A DNA stretch of 64,000 nt from Thermoplasmata archaeon (GTDB taxonomy: Archaea > Thermoplasmatota > Thermoplasmata > Lutacidiplasmatales > UBA184), in NCBI GenBank assembly GCA_022749995.1, contig JAKIWO010000001.1, positions 154,330-218,329 of the forward strand. The letters are read 5' to 3'. Within the stretch, counting starts at the first letter, position 1. Each line of letters opens with the position of its first letter. A program made the translations under genes and the position numbers. The notes under the pieces were generated by a model. That model ran no database searches, was not told where the DNA came from, and was given only the letters and a program-made list of their open reading frames with translations. This document shows, piece after piece, positions 44,744 to 52,777 of this stretch.

Positions 44744-45318
44744 TGTTGATTGAAGATGGGGGCGATCGTAGGCGGACCTCCCGCAGCGGCCCGGCACCAG
44801 CACAGGGGTGGGGCTTGAGAAGAGCGTAGGCGGGCCGCATCGGACCTCGGGGGTGATGCTCACTTCGTGCCGGGGGATGCGGTGTCCCGCTTCGATTCCT
44901 TAAATGCACGTGTGTTGAGAAGACGGCGGCATTAGAGGCCAGAGAGGGACCTCGGGTTGCTGAGCCCCTACTTCGTCGCGGATCCAACTCCGATCTTCTC
45001 AATGAGCGTGCGCGCCCTTTCTGTCGCCGCGTTAAGTCTCGCCATCACCTCTCGCAGTGAGTTCTGTTTCTCGCGGCTAGACGCCGGGCAAAGAGAAAGA
45101 GGGAGAATGATTGGCTCGGGGCCTGTCGCTCCCCCCACCGAAGAGTGCTGTCTCTGTCCTGACTCTCTAAGGCGTTCCCAGCTCGACCCTGAACCCCCCC
45201 AAACCCTGGCTGCGGGGGCTGATCGGTTCAGTTCCGCCTCACATCGGCTACAGGAGGGACTCTATCTTGCCTGAGGGCCAGATAGATGTATCAACGCGCG
45301 CGGCGGTTGTGACGTGTC

Positions 45319-46476
45319 GTGTCGCGAAGGATCGTAAGACCGTTTGTCGTCTCGGCTCTGGCTGTGATAGTGCTACTGGTCGTTACTGAGGGTATGCTCG
45401 GTGCCTCATTCTACTCGAATGCGGAAAGTGGTCAAGCTCGATTCTCCACCCTGTCGGGCGGCTGTAACATGACGAACCTCATCGTACCGATCACAACTTA
45501 CACCCCGTCGATTAGCGAAATCGCGGCCTCAGCAGCATCCAACAGCTCAACCGACTATACCTGGGGCACGAGGGGTTACGCACCTGGATACGACCTCAAT
45601 TGGACGGGTGTCGGTCTAAACGGCAACGTCAACACAGCCACTTGCACCTACGCCTACTACAACTACTCCGTAGCCTACACGATGCAGAACAAGTCGACGA
45701 GCGACACAGGGCAGCTCTCGATATTCGTAAGTCAGAACACGGGCGCTGTGCTCGGGAACCTCACGATGTGGGGGGTGGATGGAAATCACGCCTCTAGCGG
45801 CAAGTGGACGGGTTACACGACATCATCTTTCGGGAGGTACACTCCAACCGGGGAGGACGATGCTTGGAACGGGCTGGGCGTGTCGGCGAATTCCGGTCAT
45901 TGCGGTTCGCTTGGGATCATAATCGGAATTTGCGGTATCAGCGTTTGGGGGGGCCTCTCCCAGGCCGCCGGCGGGGGAAGCACAATCGTCCAATCCGGGA
46001 TGGATGCCTACGCCACATGCCAGTATCTGTTGTTCGTGGGGTGGAGCTGTCCGACGACCTACACTCCCTGGTGGGAAACCTATCCTAATCAGGCGATTTA
46101 CTGCACGTTTCAGTCACTGAACAAGGTAAACCAGTTCGTCTCCGAAGTTTACTACGTTCAAGGGACGGGGAACTACTGGATTGTAATGGCGGATTTGACC
46201 AGTGGCAATTTTTGCGCCGGATACTACCATGGCCCCGCGTTGTCCCTACCTTGGGCGCAATATCAGGTCGAAGCAATCCCGAACGGGATTGGCGGCGTGC
46301 TCCAAACGCCCAACTTCAACTTCCAAAACGAGTTCGTCTGGGCCTCAGGCTATCCAAACAACCTCGTTCCTTGGGTCGCCGGGCAGCAGACCGTCGCGAA
46401 CACCGCTCTCGGATCCATGTACTATTCGACTCCGAACTGTCATATGGGCCCCTTCAGTTGCTTCTCGGTCACGTAG
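45319..46476 (+). CDS. Secreted protein with putative G1 (eqolisin-like) glutamic peptidase domain
   Basis: Signal anchor. SVWGGLSQAAGGGSTIVQSG (candidate catalytic Gln), YTPWWETYP, and WAQYQVEAIP (candidate catalytic Glu) follow the G1 peptidase pattern from memory. Confidence 0.4.
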   Translation: MSRRIVRPFVVSALAVIVLLVVTEGMLGASFYSNAESGQARFSTLSGGCNMTNLIVPITTYTPSISEIAASAASNSSTDYTWGTRGYAPGYDLNWTGVGLNGNVNTATCTYAYYNYSVAYTMQNKSTSDTGQLSIFVSQNTGAVLGNLTMWGVDGNHASSGKWTGYTTSSFGRYTPTGEDDAWNGLGVSANSGHCGSLGIIIGICGISVWGGLSQAAGGGSTIVQSGMDAYATCQYLLFVGWSCPTTYTPWWETYPNQAIYCTFQSLNKVNQFVSEVYYVQGTGNYWIVMADLTSGNFCAGYYHGPALSLPWAQYQVEAIPNGIGGVLQTPNFNFQNEFVWASGYPNNLVPWVAGQQTVANTALGSMYYSTPNCHMGPFSCFSVT

Positions 46477-46488
46477 TCTCGTGCGAAA

Positions 46489-47085
46489 ATGGGCGGCCTC
46501 AACCTCGACGAGCAATCTCATCAGCCGATCAGCCGCAGCGGGCGGTCGTTTCGCTCGAGTGGAGGAACGAAGTGGGCGATTGTCACTGCTTCGGCGGTTG
46601 TCGTGTTCGCGATAGTCTTCGTCGTCGTTCTGAGTCCGTTGGCGACCCAGCCTTCAACGGGGCCCTCGAGCTTTGCGCCGGTGTGGGGGCCAGTTCAGGT
46701 CACCCCCGGCAACGTCGGCTGCCCCGCGTCGCAAGGCGGACTGTGCTACTCGGTTGGAGTGACTACCCTCTACCGATCGGTGCAGGCCTCAAGCCTGGCA
46801 TTCGCAGTTTCTAACTCTACTACGCTTCAGTACCCGATGCCGAACAACGTTCCTATGGGGGCGAATGCGACGGTCTCAATCATTGGAGGTTCGTCGGCCG
46901 TCGCGACGTGGGATTGGTCGACAGGGTCTTGGAGCAGTGGCATAAGCTACGTCCTGCCTTACAACACCAATGTGACGCTCGTCCTCGACACGGGTCTGAC
47001 ATCGAACTCGACGTTGCTTGGCAACGTGTTCTGCGTGGAGCTAGCAACGAACGGCGGCGGCGTTCTGGGGTTTTACTTCCATTGA
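46489..47085 (+). CDS. Membrane-anchored extracellular orphan protein, 12 nt downstream of the peptidase-like gene
   Basis: TM WAIVTASAVVVFAIVFVVVL followed by a beta-rich, sequon-bearing ectodomain. Confidence 0.4.
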   Translation: MGGLNLDEQSHQPISRSGRSFRSSGGTKWAIVTASAVVVFAIVFVVVLSPLATQPSTGPSSFAPVWGPVQVTPGNVGCPASQGGLCYSVGVTTLYRSVQASSLAFAVSNSTTLQYPMPNNVPMGANATVSIIGGSSAVATWDWSTGSWSSGISYVLPYNTNVTLVLDTGLTSNSTLLGNVFCVELATNGGGVLGFYFH

Positions 47086-47401
47086 CTGGGTTACGGCGGG
47101 CTAGCTATCGAGTGCCCCTCTATCCGCTCAAGAGCGGAGGGAGGCCGGGTCCTGAATCAACGACGGACCTAGAATTCTGAACTCGGAACTCTTTCAGCAT
47201 CATGGGGGAGGGCCTGTAGTCCACTTCCCCGATACAGAGGCTACCGTGCATCCTAGAAAGCATGTGGTCACCTAGTCGCCGTCCCTCTGGAAATCGAACC
47301 GAGTGGGCTGGCTTCAGTACGGAACGATGCCATGACTAGGGCGAACGGGCCGGAAATCCAATGGGTTGAGGGATTCCCTCAGAAGTGCCTCCCAGTCTCA
47401 G

Positions 47402-47459
47402 CCGCACAGAAACCCCCCCGACCGCACAGAAACTTGCGCACGGAAACTGGTTTTCGTGC
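47402..47459 (+). repeat. Three direct copies of C/GCGCAC(A/G)GAAAC, the last forming a hairpin, upstream of rpoK
   Basis: ccgcacagaaac at 47402-47413 and 47422-47433, gcgcacggaaac at 47436-47447, with an inverted partner gttttcgtgc at 47450-47459. Confidence 0.6.
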
Positions 47460-47553
47460 AGAGCCAAAGCCTTCGCAAAGCGTAAATAGCGCTCCCTGGC
47501 TGGCGCCGGCCTTGTCGGCGGCACTTCCCGTGCTCGCCCCTAGGGATCTCACG

Positions 47554-47781
47554 GTGAGTGGCGGGGCCTCGGGCACGCACGGGCAACCAGCGGAGCACTC
47601 TCGCTTTGAACGCGCCCGCATCCTCGGGGCCCGGGCGTTGCAGATCTCCCTCGGCGCGCCGATGCTGATCGATATCCCGACCGGACTCTACGACCCGGTC
47701 GAGGTCGCGGAGAAGGAGTACGAGGCCAACGTGCTCCCGATCACCGTGCGACGCGGGCCGGCCCGCGGCGCGGTCACCTAG
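47554..47781 (+). CDS. rpoK: DNA-directed RNA polymerase subunit K (Rpo6/omega-like)
   Basis: SRFERARILGARALQISLGAPMLI...DPVEVAEKEYEANVLPITVRR. In-frame GTG at 47554 is preferred over the track ATG at 47332. Confidence 0.7.
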   Translation: MSGGASGTHGQPAEHSRFERARILGARALQISLGAPMLIDIPTGLYDPVEVAEKEYEANVLPITVRRGPARGAVT

Positions 47782-47785
47782 CCCT

Positions 47786-48571
47786 TCAGATCTGCGCCTG
47801 TTCGAGGGCGCTCGCGCAGCTGCAGCCCCTGGGTGCGTCGAGCTTGGGCAGCAATTTTTCCAGTACGCGGATCATCCGGTGCTGGTTCTCCTTCATCGTG
47901 CGGACGACGTCGGCCGCCTCCACGGGCTTAGGTTGCCATACGTCAAAGTCGGTCACCGTCGCCAGACAGCTGTAGCAGATTGCCATCTCCCGGGCCAACG
48001 TGACCTCGGGGACCAGCGTCATCCCGATGATGTCCGCGAAGCTGCGGAAGTAGCGCGACTCCGCGCGGGTGGAGAACCGGGGGCCCTCGACGCAGACGTA
48101 GGTGCCTCCGGGCCGGAACAGTGAGCCCGCCTCGGCGCCGGCTGCGGTGGCCCAGGCGGTGAGCTCGGGGCAGAACGGGTCGGCGGTCGATACGTGGTAG
48201 ACGCGACCGCCATCGAAGAAGGTGGTCGGCCGCGCCTTCGTCAAGTCCACGAACTGATCCGGCAGCACGAAGGTTCCGGGCGGTAGTTCCTCCCGGAGCG
48301 AGCCGACACTGCTGACGGTGAGGATCCGCTCTGCTCCCAGCTGCGCGAGCGCGGCGATGTTCGCTCGGTAATTGAGACGGTGCGGCGGGATGACGTGCCC
48401 CACCCCGTGCCGGGCCAAGAACAGCACTCGCAGCGACCCGATCCGACGCTCCTCGATCGGACCAGAGGGAGCTCCCCACGCGGTGGAGACCCGATGGGAG
48501 GCGATCGGTGCGCCCCCCCATGCGCTGAGACCCGAACCGCCGATCAGCGCGACGGTCCTCGGCGCGCTCAC
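47786..48571 (-). CDS. mtnP: S-methyl-5-prime-thioadenosine phosphorylase / purine nucleoside phosphorylase
   Basis: VALIGGSGLS N-terminus, RHGVGHVIPPHRLNYRANI, IGMTLVPEVTLAREM. Confidence 0.8.
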   Translation of the reverse strand: MSAPRTVALIGGSGLSAWGGAPIASHRVSTAWGAPSGPIEERRIGSLRVLFLARHGVGHVIPPHRLNYRANIAALAQLGAERILTVSSVGSLREELPPGTFVLPDQFVDLTKARPTTFFDGGRVYHVSTADPFCPELTAWATAAGAEAGSLFRPGGTYVCVEGPRFSTRAESRYFRSFADIIGMTLVPEVTLAREMAICYSCLATVTDFDVWQPKPVEAADVVRTMKENQHRMIRVLEKLLPKLDAPRGCSCASALEQAQI

Positions 48572-49224
48572 GATCCGGCCTTCCGTCGCGGAGCGCCGGC
48601 GACCCGTGCGAGCATCCGCGCTAGCGTCACATCGCCGCGAGTCCGCTCGACGATGCCCCGCGCCGCGTCCTGCTTGGGTTTGAGCGACACGATACTGCGG
48701 GGTGCGTCGAAGCGCAGGAGCGTGAGCACCAGCTCGTCGAGGAACCGCAGGTATCGGTCCGCCGCATCGACCTCACCCCTTGCCAAGGAGCGCAGGGCGA
48801 GCCGGCGAACCTCGCCCGCCAGATCACCGAGACCGAGCAGGTACACCTCCGGCTCGACGCCCACCTCCGTCGGGCCGGGAAGCTCCGTACCGGCCAGTAC
48901 CGCCGACAGCAGGATCGCCTCCGTGGCCTCCTGCAGTCCGTCGAGGACCACTCCGGGTTCACTCGGCGCCCGCCGCGCGGCAATCGCGAGAGCTGCGCAT
49001 TCCTGCCGGATCTCCGCGAGGGCCGGGGGCGGAGTGGTGCCGGCATGCAGGGCCGTCATCGCGACCTGCGAGCGCCGTCGGAGCCGGCGCGAGCGGTCGG
49101 CGAGCTGGTCCCGCCGTTCCTCGCGGGTCCGAAGGTGCTCCTCGATGTCGTGGAGCACCCGCTCTGGCAGCAGGCCCGGAGCCGGGAGGCGTGCTCTACC
49201 GGAACGGCGTGAACCGGACATCAT
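48568..49224 (-). CDS. Translin-family protein (COG2178-like)
   Basis: VYLLGLGDLAGEVRRLAL and SLKPKQDAARGIVE motifs. Start uncertain (ATG 49224 or GTG 49158). Confidence 0.55.
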   Translation of the reverse strand: MMSGSRRSGRARLPAPGLLPERVLHDIEEHLRTREERRDQLADRSRRLRRRSQVAMTALHAGTTPPPALAEIRQECAALAIAARRAPSEPGVVLDGLQEATEAILLSAVLAGTELPGPTEVGVEPEVYLLGLGDLAGEVRRLALRSLARGEVDAADRYLRFLDELVLTLLRFDAPRSIVSLKPKQDAARGIVERTRGDVTLARMLARVAGAPRRKAGS

Positions 49225-49513
49225 CCTCCCCGCCGTCCAAGATACCGAGCCGGACACCGGCGTCGATCCAGCCGTGGGCGTAGCTGACGGCGGCGAGTGC
49301 GCGGGCGGCATCCCCCCGCTCCCGGAAATGGCGGGCGTCGGAAAGGTAGGCGCGCGCCATGCCGAGAAAGTCGTCGGCGGCCCCGGCCAGGAACGAGCGC
49401 TTCGGGCTCCCCGTGCGGACCCGCTCGAGCGCATCGGTCGTGAGGAGGAGATACCGCTCGAGGAGGGCGGCCTGCCCGGCGACCCCAGATGGCTCGACGG
49501 ACTCCGCCGGCAT
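49196..49513 (-). CDS. DUF357-family archaeal protein
   Basis: ARAYLSDARHFRERGDAARALAAVSYAHGWIDAGVRLG matches the DUF357 pattern (from memory). Confidence 0.55.
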   Translation of the reverse strand: MPAESVEPSGVAGQAALLERYLLLTTDALERVRTGSPKRSFLAGAADDFLGMARAYLSDARHFRERGDAARALAAVSYAHGWIDAGVRLGILDGGEDDVRFTPFR

Positions 49514-49526
49514 GCGTCGGAGCGAC

Positions 49527-50189
49527 TCAGGCGCCGCCGCTCTTCTCGTGCGGCACCTTTTGCCAATCTTTGAGGAACTTGGCGAGGCCCAGGTCCGTGA
49601 GCGGATGCTGGACCAGCTTCTCCATCACCGCCATCGGCATCGTGGCGATGTCCGCCCCCAGCTTGGCTGCCTCGAGGACGTGCACGGGGTGCCGGACGCT
49701 CGCGACGAGGATCTCCGTCTTGAATCCGTACTGGCCGTAGATGGTCCGGATGTCCCGGACCAGCTCGATGCCGTCCTGGCTCTGGTCGTCGAGCCGCCCG
49801 ATGAATGGGCTCACGTAGCTCGCGCCCACCTTTGCGGCGAGCAGGGCTTGGTTGGCGGAGAAGACGAGCGTCATGTTCACACGGATCCCCTCCGAGCTCA
49901 GCCGCTTCGTCGCCTCGAGCCCGGCGACCGTCATCGGGATCTTGACGTAGATCGCGGGGTGGAACTTCGCGAGCCGGTGCCCCTCGGCGAGCATGCCGTC
50001 GACCTCGGTGGCGGTCACCTCGGCGGAGACGGAGGGGATGCCCACCTCGCAGATCTCGCGCAGCACCGTCTCGAACGGGCGGCCTTCCTTGGCGACGAGG
50101 GAGGGGTTCGTGGTGACGCCGTCCAGAATGCCGGTCGCCCACATCTGCCGGATCTCCGAGACGCTCGCGGTATCCAGGAACAGCTTCAC
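49527..50189 (-). CDS. tal: Transaldolase / fructose-6-phosphate aldolase (TalC-Fsa subfamily)
   Basis: [13 protein letters not shown]...[14 protein letters not shown]; 220 aa. Confidence 0.85.
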   Translation of the reverse strand: MKLFLDTASVSEIRQMWATGILDGVTTNPSLVAKEGRPFETVLREICEVGIPSVSAEVTATEVDGMLAEGHRLAKFHPAIYVKIPMTVAGLEATKRLSSEGIRVNMTLVFSANQALLAAKVGASYVSPFIGRLDDQSQDGIELVRDIRTIYGQYGFKTEILVASVRHPVHVLEAAKLGADIATMPMAVMEKLVQHPLTDLGLAKFLKDWQKVPHEKSGGA

Positions 50190-50267
50190 GCCCGCGCGAA
50201 ACCGGCCCCCAGTATTAGGCTGCGCCGCCGAACCCTCGGCGGGCAGCGGCGAGGCCGGCCGGGAAAG

Positions 50268-51116
50268 CTACGCCAGGAGGCCCTTCAGCGCGCGCAGGTC
50301 CTCGATGTAGGCCGCGTACCCGTCGTCGGTGAGCGGCGTCTCGAGGTACCCGGGCACCTTCGCCCAGCTCCGGTCGTTGAGCCAGGGACGGAACCCCTCG
50401 AGCCCGATCTGTCCCTTGCCGACGTTCTGGTGCCGGTCGAGGTGGGAACCGAGCTCCCCCTTGGAGTCGTTCAGGTGGAAGGCCCCGACGGCCTTCAGCC
50501 CGACCGAGCCGCGCAGGAGATCCTTGGCCGCCCCGTACGTCTCCTCGGTCCGGAAGTCGACGCCCGAGGCGAAGAGGTGGCAGAGGTCGACCGCGATCCC
50601 GAGCCGGCCGGGGGCGTTGACCTTCTCGATCACCTGCGCCAGCTCCTCGAACTGCGAGCCGATCGTCGAGCCCTGGCCGGCGGCGTTCTCGAGCAGGATG
50701 CGCACCGTGCCTTGGGGGGTCTGGTCGACGGCCCAGCGGAGCGCCTCCGCAATGCGGTCGATGCCGGCCTCCACGCCGGAACCGGTGTGGGCGCCGGGGT
50801 GGAAGATGACCGCGTCGACCCCGAGCAGCTCGGCGCGCCCGAGCTCATCGAGGAAGGTGCGCTTGGAGATCGCGTAGTTGACGGGCTTGGGCGAGGCCAG
50901 GTTCGTCAGGTAGCAGTGGTGGATCGCCGTCGCCCCCAGCTTCTCGCGCTGGACCGCCTCACGGAAGGAGGCGGCCAGCTCCAGAGGGATCGGCGGGCCC
51001 CGCCAGCTGTGCGGACTCTTGGAGAAGATCTGTGCGGCCTCGCCGCCGATCGAGCGCGCGATGGAGGGCACCTTGTCGAGCCCGTCGGAGGTGCCGATAT
51101 GGGCGCCGAGTCGCAT
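50268..51116 (-). CDS. nfo: Endonuclease IV
   Basis: MRLGAHIG...AAQIFSKSPHSW, HCYLTNLASP, FHLNDSK, ETP motifs. Confidence 0.85.
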   Translation of the reverse strand: MRLGAHIGTSDGLDKVPSIARSIGGEAAQIFSKSPHSWRGPPIPLELAASFREAVQREKLGATAIHHCYLTNLASPKPVNYAISKRTFLDELGRAELLGVDAVIFHPGAHTGSGVEAGIDRIAEALRWAVDQTPQGTVRILLENAAGQGSTIGSQFEELAQVIEKVNAPGRLGIAVDLCHLFASGVDFRTEETYGAAKDLLRGSVGLKAVGAFHLNDSKGELGSHLDRHQNVGKGQIGLEGFRPWLNDRSWAKVPGYLETPLTDDGYAAYIEDLRALKGLLA

Positions 51117-51277
51117 CGACCGTTGGAACCGCGGGCACTCTTAATGTCGTGGAGGCCGCCGCCGCGGGACGGCTCCGGCGACCCGAGTTTCCGGAAATCG
51201 CTCCGCGACCCGAGCGAGTCGGAGAGCGCCGACATCCGCTCCCGGGAAGGTCGTCCGTACCTCCGCCCGACCCGAGG

Positions 51278-51784
51278 TCAGGCCGCAGGGGCGGCTGGGC
51301 TCGGCGACAATCGATAGTTCCGGTCGATCTCCTCGCAGAGCGCGCGCTCGTCCGCTGCGGGTCGCACGGGGGAGCGCAGGGACATGGCGAGGGCAAGGCG
51401 CGCTCGCAGCCCGACGGCGCAGCGCAAGACGCTGACCGCGAGTCGCGTGAAAGATCCCTCCCGCGTGAATCGGTACGTTTCGCGGTTCCACAGAATCGTG
51501 CGGCCTCCTTCCTCGAGCCGCTTGGTGATCTGTATCTCCTCCGGTGAACCGAACTCCCAGTCATCGGTTCTCATTCGGCCATCGTCGAACTGGAGCCGTA
51601 CCCGGGCGCTCGTGGGACCGGTGCGCTCGGAACTCTGACGAACGTGTGCGGCGATAGGGGTGGGCAGCGGTCCGATGCCACGGTCGAGGAACCATCGACG
51701 AGCGAACTCCACGGGAGCGCGCAGATCGTAGGTCCGAGTGTAGACGTGCTTCCAGCGCGCCTCGGGCGGCGGGGGCTCGGTCAC
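51278..51784 (-). CDS. Hypothetical protein (possibly SRPBCC-like)
   Basis: ORF with protein-like composition. No confident family assignment. Confidence 0.3.
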   Translation of the reverse strand: MTEPPPPEARWKHVYTRTYDLRAPVEFARRWFLDRGIGPLPTPIAAHVRQSSERTGPTSARVRLQFDDGRMRTDDWEFGSPEEIQITKRLEEGGRTILWNRETYRFTREGSFTRLAVSVLRCAVGLRARLALAMSLRSPVRPAADERALCEEIDRNYRLSPSPAAPAA

Positions 51785-51861
51785 CGACTCCCGCCGACGT
51801 CCGCAGGATGGGACACGGGCGCGCGACGAAGCGGCTGGGAATTCCCTAGTGAATAGTCCGG

Positions 51862-51986
51862 GTGCTGACAGCTTTCCGCGGTTCCCGTAGGCTCGCGCAC
51901 TTCAGTACCGCGCGGAACGCCAGTGGGCTTAACTTCCGGGTTCGGAATGGGACCGGGTGTTTCCCCACCGCTTTGGCCGTCAGCGG
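51862..51986 (-). rRNA. rrf: 5S ribosomal RNA, not linked to 16S/23S in this window
   Basis: The reverse complement contains CCCATTCCGAACCCGGAAGTTAAGCC. Helix I pairs GCTGACGGC with GCTGTCAGC. Confidence 0.85.
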
Positions 51987-52005
51987 GGCGGGGACCGGGG
52001 TCCGG

Positions 52006-52012
52006 TATTTAA
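52006..52012 (-). promoter_or_regulatory. TATA box of the 5S rRNA gene
   Basis: TTAAATA on the minus strand, centred about 23-26 nt upstream of the predicted 5S 5-prime end. Confidence 0.5.
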
Positions 52013-52030
52013 CCCTCGCTAACTGGGGTT

Positions 52031-52219
52031 CTATCGGATCTCTTCGAGGACGTCGTTGGCGGCCTTCTCGGTCGCCTTGAGCGCGGCCCGCCCGACGCGG
52101 CTCGCGATCTTGTACCCGGTGTAGGCGGTGTGGACGATGTCCCGAGTCAGGTCTCGGGCGAGCTGCTCGGCCTCGTCGCGCGCGCTGGGCCGCTGCCCGT
52201 CTCCCTTCGCTCGTTGCAT
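52031..52219 (-). CDS. Small hypothetical helical protein
   Basis: 62-aa ORF with normal, not Arg/Pro-skewed, composition. No family recognised. Confidence 0.25.
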   Translation of the reverse strand: MQRAKGDGQRPSARDEAEQLARDLTRDIVHTAYTGYKIASRVGRAALKATEKAANDVLEEIR

Positions 52220-52246
52220 GCGGAGTAGATGCCGCCTGGGCGTATC

Positions 52247-52777
52247 TTACTTCCGGGGCGGACGGGTCGGTGCTGCTGCGGGCGCGGCATCCCCCGCGCG
52301 GCGGCGCCGGGTCGTCCACGTGCCATCGGAGGCGGCCCAGATGTACCAGGTGCCGTGGGCCTGGCTCAGGCGCCGGCCCTCCCCATCTTCGAGCTTCCCC
52401 TCGGCGAACGCGAGGTGCCGGCCCCGCCGGACCACTTCGCCTCGGGCGCTCAGCCGCTCGCCGCTGCCGGCCGGTCGCAGGAACTCGATGTAGAGCGAGG
52501 TGGTGGCGGTGACCTCCCCCTCACGGAGCAGGCTCACGACCGCACCGCCCATCGCCGTGTCTAGGATCGTGGCGTAGACCCCACCGTGCACCACCCCGTT
52601 GATGTTCAGGTGCCGTGGCTCGACGACGCCGTCCACCGCGCAGAACCCGGGTCCGGAATGGGCCAGGTCTACCGAGAAGCCGACCTCGGAATGGAAACCG
52701 CCGAGGCTCTTGCGGTCGGTCCAGTCCTTCGGCGGACGGATCGGCCGGGGCTCCGGCATCGACGGGCGGGTCGCCAT
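52247..52777 (-). CDS. PaaI/hot-dog fold acyl-CoA thioesterase
   Basis: HLNINGVVHGGVYATILDTAMG motif. ATG at 52777, or at 52759. Confidence 0.7.
   Translation of the reverse strand: MATRPSMPEPRPIRPPKDWTDRKSLGGFHSEVGFSVDLAHSGPGFCAVDGVVEPRHLNINGVVHGGVYATILDTAMGGAVVSLLREGEVTATTSLYIEFLRPAGSGERLSARGEVVRRGRHLAFAEGKLEDGEGRRLSQAHGTWYIWAASDGTWTTRRRRAGDAAPAAAPTRPPRK

Larger units (their letters stand above)
40230..47330. mobile_element. Lower-G+C accessory island with decayed IS elements and orphan secreted proteins (boundaries approximate)
   Basis: Composition and codon usage visibly shift (A/T runs, AAA/ATT/TTT codons). It holds two disrupted transposases. No integrase, flanking tRNA or direct repeats were identified. 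Confidence 0.5.

Noticed and set aside
44968-45045. 25-codon minus-strand ORF (MARLNAATERARTLIEKIGVGSATK) preceded by gagaggtg
   Set aside because: The Shine-Dalgarno-like string abuts the ATG with no spacer. The ORF is very short and lies in decayed island DNA, with no supporting evidence.
47270-47310. tRNA-like T-arm string (ggaaatcgaaccgag) that might mark an integration site
   Set aside because: Neither strand can be folded into a T-stem or cloverleaf by hand, and the flanking sequence lacks an acceptor or anticodon arm.
47402-47459. Possible CRISPR-like repeats
   Set aside because: There are only three short (12-nt) copies with 8- and 2-nt spacers and no cas genes, which is not CRISPR architecture. 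I kept it as a regulatory or relic repeat.
47332-47553. N-terminal extension of the rpoK ORF (ATG 47332)
   Set aside because: It would add about 74 non-conserved residues and would translate straight through the direct-repeat/hairpin element. RpoK/Rpo6 proteins are short. In-frame GTG 47554 gives a normal-length product.
49359-51317. 652-aa plus-strand ORF
   Set aside because: It is antisense to DUF357, transaldolase and endonuclease IV, all of which have clear family motifs on the minus strand.
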